NCBI GenBank assembly: GCA_963805085.1 | Contig: CAWDTA010000002.1 | Span: 224,001-288,000 of the forward strand | DNA from: an uncultured Veillonellaceae bacterium | GTDB taxonomy: Bacteria; Bacillota; Negativicutes; JARBTT01 | Length of the DNA: 64,000 nt | Reading direction: 5' to 3' | Part shown: positions 11,185 to 20,537 of the stretch, in pieces | Layout of the letters: each line of letters opens with the position of its first letter | How positions within the stretch are numbered: position 1 is the first letter of the stretch | Program-made: the position numbers and the translations under genes | Notes under the pieces: generated by a model | What the model was told of the DNA's origin: nothing | The model's database searches: none | What the model saw: the letters and a program-made list of their open reading frames with translations, nothing else

Positions 11185-12216
11185 ATGAATAACACCTTTG
11201 AAAACATCCATAAAATATTAATTGTTATGATTGCCCACATGGGGGATGTCGTATTGGCGACACCTGTTACTCGATCCCTAAAAAAGAAATTTCCTTCGGC
11301 AACCATTGATCTATTGGTTCGTCCGCTTGCCGAAGATGCCGCAAGGCATAACCCTTATATTGATCATGTCATTGTATCTGAACTAGATAATTGGCAAGAA
11401 AACAAACAGGAGCTCCCCTCGCTCATCCATTTATTGCAAAATAAAACCTACGATCTTGCGTTATCCTTAAACTCAGATTCCATCGGTTCTATGCTAATCG
11501 GGCTCAGTGGTGCTCGTTATCGAATTGGCTATGACAACGATTCGCAAGCAGAATTTTTCACCCATACAATAACAGCACCGAAAAAAATAATACATGAATC
11601 GGTAAAACAACTTGAACTGTTAAAACCCCTCGGTCTTATTCATCAAGATTCCCACATTGAGTTTAATGTATCTGACAATGAAATGGCTAGCCTTGATCAA
11701 AAATTAACTTTAGCCAAAACAAAATCGATCGTCGTTCTCTGTCCTTTTAGCAGCCATTTGCATAAAAATTGGCTACCAGATCGCTGGGTTACGCTAATAA
11801 AACGCTTATCGAAAAAAGCGCAATGCATACTCATCGGCAGTGAGCAAGAGTTACCCGACATGCAAGCGATCAATACCAAGGCAAATGATGTCGCACACAT
11901 TGCCGCTGGAAAACTAACGCTCGGTGAATCAGCGGCTTTAATAAAAATCGCAAAGCTTTTTATCACCGTTGATACCGGCCCTATGCATATTGCACAAGCA
12001 TTTGAAACACCTGTTATCGCTTTAATGGGCCCTACGCATTCTAGAGTCTGGGGTCCACGCAATCGTCACGACATTGTCATTCGCTCACTAAAATGTTCGT
12101 GTGCCCCTTGTTGGCAAGTTTATAAATGCTATTATAACCTTGAATGTGTAAGCCACAGTTGTATGACCCAAATCACCACCGAAGAAGTGATAAAAGCTGC
12201 GGAGTCCAGATTATAA
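11185..12216 (+). CDS. Glycosyltransferase family 9 (LPS heptosyltransferase-like)
   Basis: AHMGDVVLATP and VDTGPMHIAQA motifs; C-terminal CAPC...C...CM. Confidence 0.9.
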   Translation: MNNTFENIHKILIVMIAHMGDVVLATPVTRSLKKKFPSATIDLLVRPLAEDAARHNPYIDHVIVSELDNWQENKQELPSLIHLLQNKTYDLALSLNSDSIGSMLIGLSGARYRIGYDNDSQAEFFTHTITAPKKIIHESVKQLELLKPLGLIHQDSHIEFNVSDNEMASLDQKLTLAKTKSIVVLCPFSSHLHKNWLPDRWVTLIKRLSKKAQCILIGSEQELPDMQAINTKANDVAHIAAGKLTLGESAALIKIAKLFITVDTGPMHIAQAFETPVIALMGPTHSRVWGPRNRHDIVIRSLKCSCAPCWQVYKCYYNLECVSHSCMTQITTEEVIKAAESRL

Positions 12217-12366
12217 TGCAAGGTAAACCATTTGCGGAAATGCAACTACTTTAAATTCATTTTCACTGAAAGCAGGAAACTACCCTTAATGCTCGAATAT
12301 CTCGAATATTAAGGTTTTACCTAGGAAATCTTAACAATAAAATGCAATAACTTGGAGGAACAGGAT

Positions 12367-12648
12367 ATGCTTAAAACAAATACGTATTTTGATAACAATG
12401 TTGTATCCATCGGTTTTGAAAATCAAGATGGTCCAGCAACTGTTGGCGTTATGGAACCTGGTGAGTATGAGTTCGGCACGGCAAAAACCGAATATATGAC
12501 CGTTATCAGTGGCAGTATCTCAGCAAGATTACCTGGTGAGGATCATTTTATGAACTACACCCCAAACCAAACCTTTATCATCGCTCCGAATAGTAAATTT
12601 CAAGTGAAAATTACAGAACAAACTGCTTATCTATGTCTATATAAATAA
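12367..12648 (+). CDS. ppnP: Pyrimidine/purine nucleoside phosphorylase (YaiE/DUF1255)
   Basis: MLKTNTYFDNNVVSIGF...ATVGVMEPGEYEFGT..EYMTVISG...YLCLY. Confidence 0.92.
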   Translation: MLKTNTYFDNNVVSIGFENQDGPATVGVMEPGEYEFGTAKTEYMTVISGSISARLPGEDHFMNYTPNQTFIIAPNSKFQVKITEQTAYLCLYK

Positions 12649-12700
12649 CGATTAAGATTAACAGAAGGCTGTTCACAAAGAAAATTTTGTGAACAGCCTT

Positions 12701-12837
12701 CAGATTGTAGACATACTACGGACAGACAGGCCGCGGGTCGGCGATAAGCAGTCTATCTTCGTACTAGTTTATAATTGGAGCGGATTTGGATATTTTCTAA
12801 ATCATCGACACAAATATTTTATTTTGTCGACAGTCTG
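12701..12837. mobile_element. Non-autonomous MITE (copy 1, internally deleted) inserted in a duplicated terminator
   Basis: Ends CAGATTGTAGACA / TGTCGACAGTCTG; the hairpin AAGGCTGTTCACA..TGTGAACAGCCTT lies on both sides; homologous, in inverted orientation, to 37834-38077. Confidence 0.8.
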
Positions 12838-12886
12838 AAGGCTGTTCACATCTTTTGTGAACAGCCTTCTTCATATTTCATACGGT

Positions 12887-13960
12887 TTATTTATTATATT
12901 TTTCCAATGCCACAACTGCATCATAAAGCATTTGTTTTGTTACTTTATAAGGAGTCCGAGCAAATTCAGGACTTTTCTCTGTTTCTGTAAGTACCGCATC
13001 CATTTCAGCAAGCGTAACATCGATATCCGAGAGTTTCGTTGGCAAGCCAACACTTTTGCAGAAATTAAAGATACGTTTCAATTCCTCTGTTTGTTTATCA
13101 CACATTAAAAGTACCAATACACCATAGGCAACAACTTCGCCATGCAAATGTTTTTCTTCAATTTGCGGAAGCATCGTAATCGTACAAAATAGTGCATGAG
13201 CAATATGAGCATTATAATCGTGCGCAACGAAATTTGAAACCATCCCCGTGCTGACAGCAATCGCTAACATAACTTGTTCTAATTCATAGCTAACTATCTT
13301 TTTTTCATTATCTTTTAATGCTTTTTCCCCATATTTTACAATTGGATCAGCACACATTTGACTAATCATGACCCCCATCGCACTCGAATGGTCTAGTTCT
13401 ACATTCCTAGCGGAAATAGTAGCTTCGTAATATTTAGCAATCGTATCGCCCATCCCCGCCCACAAATATTGTTTTGGCGCTTCAGCCGCAATTTTTGTAC
13501 AAATAAAAGCATGTACTGGTGGAATCTTTGAAAAGGATAACTCACGAAATAAGCCATTCAGATGATATACTACCCCTAGACTCGTTAAACAAGCACAATT
13601 GCTGGCAATCGTTGGGAACGTAAAAAATGGTTTTTCTATCGCATGAGCTAAAATTTTGCAAGTATCTATTGCCTTCCCACCGCCAATGGCAAAAATCATA
13701 TCCGCGTCTTGCACACTTTTACGCTCTTTTAATTTTTCAACATTTTCATAAGCCGCCTCGCCACCGAACCAAATAAATTCATCAATTTCAAGTCCAGTGC
13801 CTTCAACTGCTTGCAATAATAATTCTTTTGCTTTGGTCATCGCAGTTTTACCACCAATAGCAACTACCTTCGTACCATATCGCGGACAAATATCCTTTAC
13901 CTTATCATAAGCCTGCTCACCAATGGTGTAGCTAGGAAAAATCACACTATATTCACTCAT
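12887..13960 (-). CDS. Iron-containing alcohol dehydrogenase, glycerol dehydrogenase-like
   Basis: GGGKAIDTCK, PTIASNCA, AGMGDTIAKYYE, HLHGEVVAYG. Confidence 0.88.
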   Translation of the reverse strand: MSEYSVIFPSYTIGEQAYDKVKDICPRYGTKVVAIGGKTAMTKAKELLLQAVEGTGLEIDEFIWFGGEAAYENVEKLKERKSVQDADMIFAIGGGKAIDTCKILAHAIEKPFFTFPTIASNCACLTSLGVVYHLNGLFRELSFSKIPPVHAFICTKIAAEAPKQYLWAGMGDTIAKYYEATISARNVELDHSSAMGVMISQMCADPIVKYGEKALKDNEKKIVSYELEQVMLAIAVSTGMVSNFVAHDYNAHIAHALFCTITMLPQIEEKHLHGEVVAYGVLVLLMCDKQTEELKRIFNFCKSVGLPTKLSDIDVTLAEMDAVLTETEKSPEFARTPYKVTKQMLYDAVVALEKYNK

Positions 13961-14118
13961 CTATCAAATACCTCATTCATCCTCTATTTCCAATTTATCA
14001 GCAACCATATCTGTGTACTTACAATTGAATAATGATTATAGTCTATCATTGAAAAAAAAGAATAGCAAGACTCTTTGTTTACAAGATTACAATAAAATCA
14101 TTTTTTCTTCATCTTATA

Positions 14119-14217
14119 TTACGAATCATTGACGATGCCCAAAAAAGATAATTCCAAAGTAAACTCTGCCGCTTTCACGTACAGCGGAATACTTTTAACG
14201 ATAAAATCAAAATCCAT
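14119..14217 (-). pseudogene. 5' remnant of an amino-acid ABC transporter permease
   Basis: MDFDFIVKSIPLYVKAAEFTLELSFLGIVNDS* resembles the N-terminus of polar amino-acid (cystine-type) ABC permeases and stops after 32 aa. Confidence 0.6.
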
Positions 14218-14349
14218 TTCAACCCGTCCCTAAATTTTATTTTTAATTCGTAAAACATATTATATATATGTTTTATTTTTTCTTTTGTCTATTGTATTCT
14301 TATTTTTGTCAACACTTTTCATATATGTTTAGTATGAATTACTATAATC

Positions 14350-15090
14350 AAAACCACCCGTCCAACGGGTGGTTTGAACTGAGGCTGTAAGCCTCTATTA
14401 CTAGCCAGCGTCTAAAGGCGCTGGCTTTCACTTTGTTCAAGCCACTGTGGTTTTGTCATTTTTACTATCCCTCAAGGGATATTTGTACTATTTTACTTTT
14501 TACCCTTAAAAGGGTCTTCATATTCTCTAACACTTAATTTATCTAGTGCCTGATCATGTTTTTCTTGCTCTTGTATATATTTTTTTATAGTGGCTTCATT
14601 CAATCCTACTGTACTTACATAATATCCTTCTGCCCAAAAATGTCTGTTCCCATATTTATACTTTAGGTTACTATGCTTTTCGAATATCATCAGTGCACTT
14701 TTTCCTTTTAAGTATCCCATAAATGCAGATACACTAATTTTCGGTGGTATTGACACTAACATATGCACATGGTCTACCATCAAATGCCCCTCTAATATTT
14801 CTACCCCCTTGTAACTACATAATCTCCTTAATATTTCCCCTATACTTTCTCTGTATTGCCCATATATTATTTTTCTTCTATACTTCGGCGTAAATACTAT
14901 ATGATACTTGCACATCCATTTGGTATGTGCTAAACTTTGAGCCATAAACTCACCGATCCTTTCTTGTAATAGTGGCCTGAACACCCTCTATTATAAGAAT
15001 CCGGTGAGTTTTTGTATAACTTCTGTCGCGCACCTGCATAGCAGGTGGTTTTTTGTTTCGTTCGCTTCGCTACCTCAACAGACTAAAGTC
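14350..15090 (-). mobile_element. IS200-like insertion sequence
   Basis: tnpA flanked by subterminal hairpins AAACCACCCGT-cca-ACGGGTGGTTT (about 14351-14376) and CACCTGC-ata-GCAGGTG (15031-15047); exact ends approximate. Confidence 0.85.
14493..14945 (-). CDS. tnpA: IS200/IS605 Y1 transposase
   Basis: CKYHIVFTPKYRR, DHVH (HUH), FWAEGYYVSTVG, YIQEQ catalytic Tyr. Confidence 0.97.
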   Translation of the reverse strand: MAQSLAHTKWMCKYHIVFTPKYRRKIIYGQYRESIGEILRRLCSYKGVEILEGHLMVDHVHMLVSIPPKISVSAFMGYLKGKSALMIFEKHSNLKYKYGNRHFWAEGYYVSTVGLNEATIKKYIQEQEKHDQALDKLSVREYEDPFKGKK

Positions 15091-15146
15091 TAAATAAAAA
15101 GGCTAATGCAATTTGTTTCGCATTAGCCTTGGTTTATTTACGGCTA

Positions 15147-15998
15147 TTATTTTAAATTTAAAGCTTTGATTAAGCTTGGCAGATTCGCTTCAAAATTTAC
15201 ACCAAAACGAATATCCGTACCAGCGGCTTTCGTCCACTCGATGCTCTTCACTGTAAAATTTACAGCAATTTGTGTTGCTTCATCTAGTGCGACACCATTT
15301 AGCAAAGCTCCCAGCAAGGCACTACCAAATACATCACCAGTACCATGATAATACCCTTCTACACGATCAGCCAGTGCATAGCCAACAACACCTGTTTCTT
15401 TATCATACGTTGCTGCTCCAAGTTTTTTATCATCAAAATATACACCAGTTAGCACCACTTGTTTGGGGCCTAAGTCTGCTAATTTTTTAAGCAAATCTTT
15501 AATATAGTCTTTCGTGTATGGACCCTCTTTATATTCTTCTTTGAGCATTAATACTGCTTCGGTGATGTTGGGAACAATCACATCGGCTTTGCCACATAGT
15601 TTTTTCATACCTTCTGGGAAATTTTGCGGAAACGATTGATAAAGTACGCCATTATCCGCCATAACCGGATCAACCAAGATTAAACTATCTTCGTTTCTGA
15701 AATCATCAAAGAACTTTGCCACAAGCTCCAATTGCTCAAAGGAACCAAGATACCCCGTGTAAATAGAATCAAAAATAAGGTCTAACGTTTTCCAATGCTC
15801 AGCAATGGGTGTAATATCTGCAGTTAAATCGCGATAAGTAAAACCAGTGAAACCTCCGGTATGTGTAGATAATACAGCTGTCGGCACGACGCTACATTCT
15901 ACTCCAGATGCGGAGAGGATTGGCAAAGCCACGGTTAATGAACATTTACCGAAACAAGAAATATCATGAATTGCTGCTACTCTTTTTTGTTTTAACAT
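15147..15998 (-). CDS. pdxK: Pyridoxal/pyridoxamine kinase
   Basis: DISCFGKCSL, LSTHTGGF, VDPVMADNG, PNITEA, HGTGDVF. Confidence 0.9.
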   Translation of the reverse strand: MLKQKRVAAIHDISCFGKCSLTVALPILSASGVECSVVPTAVLSTHTGGFTGFTYRDLTADITPIAEHWKTLDLIFDSIYTGYLGSFEQLELVAKFFDDFRNEDSLILVDPVMADNGVLYQSFPQNFPEGMKKLCGKADVIVPNITEAVLMLKEEYKEGPYTKDYIKDLLKKLADLGPKQVVLTGVYFDDKKLGAATYDKETGVVGYALADRVEGYYHGTGDVFGSALLGALLNGVALDEATQIAVNFTVKSIEWTKAAGTDIRFGVNFEANLPSLIKALNLK

Positions 15999-16046
15999 AT
16001 TGTAATCCCCCTAAAGCTGTACTATAAATTTATCTAAAGCAAATAA

Positions 16047-16091
16047 TGCATTTTATGGCTGTGTTTTTTTTGAAACACACTCTGTTACAAA
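16047..16091. repeat. 45-bp dispersed repeat, copy 1
   Basis: tgcattttatggctgtgttttttttgaaacacactctgttacaaa, near-identical to 20462-20506. Confidence 0.75.
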
Positions 16092-16190
16092 CTATATTTT
16101 ATTGTCCAATATCTCAGCTGTCAACGCAAAATCCTTGATTGTATCGATACAATATGAAGTATATTTTTAGCATGCTCTCTGTGTATTAAA

Positions 16191-17540
16191 TTATACCCTA
16201 ACGATTCGCCCAGCTTTTTCTCCTGTAAATCCGCCTTGATCAACGGCAAATCTTCCATTGACTAAAACATATTCTATCCCCGTTGGCTTCGCATCAGGCT
16301 TGCCTCGATCGGGAAAATCGGCGTTATCCTTTAAATGCTCAAAATCAAACAACGTAATATCAGCGTCACTACCGACTTTAATGACGCCTTTACGAGCAAA
16401 ACCAAATGTTTTCGCTGGTAGCAAAGTCGCTTTAGTCACCGCTTCAATCAGGCTCAAATCTCGACGTTCTTTGACCATTTCCTTAAAGTACTTAGGAAAA
16501 GAACCAGCAATTTGTGGATGCCCTTCCCCCTTTTTATAGGTTCCGATATCCGTCGACGGCATCGCATAGCTTTTCTTTAATGCTGGATAAATCTCCGCTT
16601 TATTCCCCATAAAACAGATAACCGACTCATTGGGATAGTGCTTCCGCATTTTCAGATATAGCTCTCGATCTAAACGTTTTCCGAGATATTTACCACTCGC
16701 CACAACCATATCGCTAAACCGCATTTCATTATCAGCAATCGTTTGTTCATCAAACGTTGCCGTGCCGATAAAGGTCGTCCAATCGGTATACATCCCACTA
16801 TCTATTTTGACATCAATTCCATTCTCAATCGCTTGATCGATGATCTGGAGTGCTTCCTCCATAATCCCTGTACCATATTGATAAACAAAATGTGAAATCA
16901 ACAGTCTGACACCAGTCCGCTTCGCAACTGCCAATACCTCAAACAAAGAATATAAATCATTTTGCGTAAATAGCCGCGTATGAATCGGCATAACACGGTT
17001 AAATTCGGCACATACATTAGCCAACGCTGTAATTTCAACGAAGGATGCCCCTGGTGAGTAATCTAGTCCAAACGAAACGCCACAAGCACCAGCTTGGAGT
17101 GCGGTGCGAGTTAGTTGTTCCATTGCCGCAAATTCTTCTGGCGAGGCCTGACGATAAGGATCTGCTATGCCAACGGCTTGCCTTAGTGAAAAAGAATGCC
17201 CGATCAATTCCGCTTGATTGATTACAAAACCATCTCGCATTTGTCTCGCAAAGAAATCAGCTATATCCACTGGACTGAGCCCACAATTCCCGCCAACAGT
17301 CGTTGTAATTCCCTGACAAGCCGATAGTTCTCCACTATATGCATAGCCATCAACATGACCATGCACATCAATAAAGCCCGGACTTGCAATGAGGTTCTTG
17401 GCCTCAATTGCTCTGGTTGCAATTAAAGTGTCGGTCGTCAAGAGTACAACTTTGCCATCTTTTATGCCGATATTTATTTTTTTCTCTACACTTTTTTCTG
17501 TGTCAATTACGACTGCATGATTAATTGCAACGTCCAACAT
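16191..17540 (-). CDS. Metal-dependent amidohydrolase (N-acyl-D-amino-acid deacylase-like)
   Basis: PGFIDVHGH, GITTTVGGNCG, GEGHPQIAGSFP, G.DADITLFD. Confidence 0.85.
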   Translation of the reverse strand: MLDVAINHAVVIDTEKSVEKKINIGIKDGKVVLLTTDTLIATRAIEAKNLIASPGFIDVHGHVDGYAYSGELSACQGITTTVGGNCGLSPVDIADFFARQMRDGFVINQAELIGHSFSLRQAVGIADPYRQASPEEFAAMEQLTRTALQAGACGVSFGLDYSPGASFVEITALANVCAEFNRVMPIHTRLFTQNDLYSLFEVLAVAKRTGVRLLISHFVYQYGTGIMEEALQIIDQAIENGIDVKIDSGMYTDWTTFIGTATFDEQTIADNEMRFSDMVVASGKYLGKRLDRELYLKMRKHYPNESVICFMGNKAEIYPALKKSYAMPSTDIGTYKKGEGHPQIAGSFPKYFKEMVKERRDLSLIEAVTKATLLPAKTFGFARKGVIKVGSDADITLFDFEHLKDNADFPDRGKPDAKPTGIEYVLVNGRFAVDQGGFTGEKAGRIVRV

Positions 17541-17558
17541 ACCAACGCATCCTATCTA

Positions 17559-18434
17559 CTAAATATTACTCGAATCATCAATACCAATAATACCACTTTT
17601 TTGCGCCAATGACCTCTGTTTCCACTGGTTAAGCCACTTTAGCAGTTCTTTTCGTTCTAACGGCTTTGGTACACTATATGCCGCCTTCATCTCGATGATT
17701 TTTTTTGCGAGCATCATCATCATCTCAGTTGCCGCGCTATCTGGATAAGCCGCGAGCACAGTCTTGCCAGCAAGTTCACTATGCTCAATTTTTTGAAAAT
17801 AGTCCAAATAAGCAATCTCTTCTAAATGAATGGCTTCTGCATATGCCGTTAATTGAGGTCGGGCTGGATAAACGTCCGCAAAATTCACCAATAAACCAAT
17901 CGGCAATAGCTTCTGCTTACTCGCCCGTACAATGCCAGCAATCATACTATTAGCTGTTACAAGTGCAGGAATACTGCTATTCGTCACAACGATACATTTT
18001 TGCATGACGCCATCGCGCATCGGCAAAATAAAACCAGTGCAAGGAATATCCCCAGAAATATCATACAAAATATAATCTAACCCTAGATTGTCAATTGTCC
18101 CTTGGCTTTCTAACATTTCATCAATAATATGAATTCCTCGCGCCATACAACCCACGCCTGGTTCTAAACTACCCAATTCAAGGCAATAAGCTCCCGCCGG
18201 TGATTTTATAATATACTCTTCTATTTTAATCGTGTACTTTTTACGATATTCCTCTAATGCAGGTGTAACTTCTGCTTCACCGCGCAATAATAGTGTAGAG
18301 CTTAAACTAATGTCATTACCAACCTGCAATACTTTGTAGCCTTGCTTTGCTAAGGCTGCACTTACGTTAGCAGTGATTACCGATTTGCCAATACCACCTT
18401 TACCTAAAAAACAAATACGCTTTGTTCTTTTCAT
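17559..18434 (-). CDS. Divergent nitrogenase Fe-protein (NifH/NflH)-like ATPase
   Basis: GKGGIGKS P-loop; EPGVGCMARG and DISGDIPCTGF keep both Fe-S Cys ligands; switch I is diverged (GNDISLSS versus GCDPKADS). Confidence 0.88.
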   Translation of the reverse strand: MKRTKRICFLGKGGIGKSVITANVSAALAKQGYKVLQVGNDISLSSTLLLRGEAEVTPALEEYRKKYTIKIEEYIIKSPAGAYCLELGSLEPGVGCMARGIHIIDEMLESQGTIDNLGLDYILYDISGDIPCTGFILPMRDGVMQKCIVVTNSSIPALVTANSMIAGIVRASKQKLLPIGLLVNFADVYPARPQLTAYAEAIHLEEIAYLDYFQKIEHSELAGKTVLAAYPDSAATEMMMMLAKKIIEMKAAYSVPKPLERKELLKWLNQWKQRSLAQKSGIIGIDDSSNI

Positions 18435-18541
18435 TTGGCTTCACCTCTTACTACTAAAACTTCTCGCAAAAGCTTCATTTTCCTTTATAAACGTAGAAAA
18501 GGAGTTGACACAAAGATAAACTCTGTGGCAACTCCTTCTCT

Positions 18542-18674
18542 TTATCCGATGACTAAACCGCTCTAATACTCCCGTCTTCTGCAAGCAAGAGTAAAAAGCG
18601 GCTAAGTCCCTGGATAATTGCGACTAAGGCTTAGATGGATTCAAAGCCTCCACCTGAGCCAAGTCTCCATTTAT
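18542..18674. mobile_element. Palindromic non-coding element (MITE/PATE-like, possibly IS200/IS605-derived)
   Basis: Nested inverted repeats TTATCC.ATGACTAAACCGCT...AGCGGCTAAGTCCCTGGATAA and GGCTTAGATGGA..TCCACCTGAGCC, between cysK and a terminator (18499-18537). Confidence 0.55.
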
Positions 18675-18696
18675 GTTAAGAAATTGGGGAGCAAAA

Positions 18697-19629
18697 TTAT
18701 TCAGCGAATAAAGGTGTAGAAAGATATCTTTCACCTGTATCTGGCAGTAAAACAACAATTGTTTTACCTTTATTTCCAGGGCGTTTTGCAACTTCTACAG
18801 CTGCCGCCACTGCAGCACCAGAAGAAATACCTACCAATACACCTTCTGCTTGTGAAACTGCTTTACCAAATTTAAATGCAGTTTCATTTTCAACAGCGAT
18901 AATTTCATCATAAACTTTTGTATTTAATGTGTCAGGAACAAAACCTGCACCAATCCCTTGAATTTTATGAGGGCCAGCAGTTCCTTTTGATAATACAGGA
19001 GATGTTGCTGGTTCTACAGCGATTACTTTCACTTTATCATTTTTAGATTTTAAGTATTCACCCACACCAGTCAAAGTACCACCAGTACCAACACCAGCAA
19101 TAAATATATCCACTTTACCTTCTGTATCTGCCCAAATTTCTGGACCAGTCGTTGCTTTATGAGCTGCTGGATTTGCTTGATTGGTAAATTGTGAAGGAAT
19201 GTAGGAATTTGGCGTTTCAGCTGCCAATTCTTCTGCCTTGGCAATTGCCCCTTTCATACCTTTTACACCATCGGTAAGAACTACCTCAGCGCCATATGCT
19301 TTTAATAGATTTCTTCTTTCTACGCTCATTGTTTCAGGCATAGTAAGAATGATTTTGTAGCCACGAGCTGCTGCTACACTTGCCAAGCCGATACCAGTAT
19401 TACCACTAGTAGGTTCAATGATCACAGAATCTTTATTCAGTAATCCTTTTGCTTCTGCATCATCAATCATTGCTTTGGCAATCCTATCTTTAACACTACC
19501 TGCTGGATTGAAATATTCTAATTTCGCTAGAATCGATGCTTCTAACTCATTTTCTTTTACGAAATTATTTAGTTCTAATAAAGGAGTCCCGCCGATTAAT
19601 TCTGTAATACTTTGATACACTCTTGCCAT
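18697..19629 (-). CDS. cysK: Cysteine synthase A
   Basis: [14 protein letters not shown]-Lys, [27 protein letters not shown]. Confidence 0.97.
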   Translation of the reverse strand: MARVYQSITELIGGTPLLELNNFVKENELEASILAKLEYFNPAGSVKDRIAKAMIDDAEAKGLLNKDSVIIEPTSGNTGIGLASVAAARGYKIILTMPETMSVERRNLLKAYGAEVVLTDGVKGMKGAIAKAEELAAETPNSYIPSQFTNQANPAAHKATTGPEIWADTEGKVDIFIAGVGTGGTLTGVGEYLKSKNDKVKVIAVEPATSPVLSKGTAGPHKIQGIGAGFVPDTLNTKVYDEIIAVENETAFKFGKAVSQAEGVLVGISSGAAVAAAVEVAKRPGNKGKTIVVLLPDTGERYLSTPLFAE

Positions 19630-19687
19630 TATAAAACCCTCCAATAATTTTTTATTTTAAATTTAAATAATAAATAAATTTAGAAAA

Positions 19688-19841
19688 CATATATGATTAG
19701 TATGGTTTGAATTATATACTCACTTTCTCGTGATGTCAATAGTTTTTTAGAAATAAAAAGTTAATACATATAGGGTAGGTATGTCATTGACATTTTAATC
19801 TAAGTACAGTATTATGAAATAAAACATATATTATTAGTATG
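19688..19841. promoter_or_regulatory. Three candidate Rrf2/CymR operator boxes in the divergent cysK-regulator promoter region
   Basis: 17-bp CATATA-N4-TAGTATG-like boxes: catatatgattagtatg (19688), catatagggtaggtatg (19767), catatattattagtatg (19825); a fourth copy at 14320. Confidence 0.65.
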
Positions 19842-19857
19842 AAATGAGTGATTCTAT

Positions 19858-20304
19858 ATGAAAATTTCTGCAAAAGGTCGTTATGGTCTAGCAGCAATGA
19901 CACACATCGCCCAAAATTGTCAAAATGGCGATCCAATTACTATTATTAGTATTGCCGAAAAGCTCGGTATTTCAAAAATTTATTTAGAGCAAGTTTTTTC
20001 TTTGTTAAAAAGGGCTGGTCTTGTTCTTTCCATTAAAGGAGCACAAGGTGGTTATCAACTCGCGACTGAACCAAAAGAAATCACAGCATTTGCTATTTTA
20101 TCCGCTATTGAGCTTGCTTTATTTGAAGCAGCAGAATCGACAGTAAAAGAAAAAGCTGCAGCAATTGATGAAGCCATGCAACTTACTGTTTTTAATGCGA
20201 TTGATCAAGCACTCGAAACTACATTAAAAAATATTACGTTAATTGACTTAGTAAACGAAGTAGAAAAACACAAAGAAAAAGATAATCTCATGTACTTCAT
20301 TTAA
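19858..20304 (+). CDS. Rrf2-family regulator, CymR-like
   Basis: MKISAKGRYGL, YLEQVFSLLK, SIKGAQGGYQL, C-terminal MYFI (CysK-binding-type tail); lacks the three IscR Cys. Confidence 0.9.
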   Translation: MKISAKGRYGLAAMTHIAQNCQNGDPITIISIAEKLGISKIYLEQVFSLLKRAGLVLSIKGAQGGYQLATEPKEITAFAILSAIELALFEAAESTVKEKAAAIDEAMQLTVFNAIDQALETTLKNITLIDLVNEVEKHKEKDNLMYFI

Positions 20305-20338
20305 GATATAGTATGTCTAAAAAAGAGTAACTATATCA

Positions 20339-20460
20339 GAGACTGTTACAGAACACCCATCTGCGTTGCTCATCCTGCGAGCACTCGCTCAACGTACTTA
20401 TCGTACGCCCTCGCTCGCATTCTCGCCCTTCCTAGCATTTGGGCATCTTGTAACAGTCTC
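20339..20460. repeat. ~120-bp palindromic MITE/REP-like element
   Basis: Terminal IR GAGACTGTTACA/TGTAACAGTCTC; core (CATCTGCGT..ACGTAC..GTACG..CCTAGCAT) resembles the internal segment of the MITE at 37834-38077. Confidence 0.7.
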
Positions 20461-20461
20461 T

Positions 20462-20506
20462 TGCATTTTATGGTTGTGTGTTTTTTGAAACACACTCTAT
20501 CACAAA
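20462..20506. repeat. 45-bp dispersed repeat, copy 2
   Basis: tgcattttatggttgtgtgttttttgaaacacactctatcacaaa; matches 16047-16091. Confidence 0.75.
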
Positions 20507-20537
20507 TAAAGTAACTGAATTAAAGGAGAATATAACT

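Noticed and set aside
14350-15090. IS605-type element with TnpB/omega RNA
   Set aside because: Only tnpA lies between the end hairpins; no tnpB or iscB frame
17559-18434. Genuine nitrogen fixation (nifH)
   Set aside because: Key motifs are diverged and no nifDK/ENB genes are nearby; treated as a NifH-like paralogue
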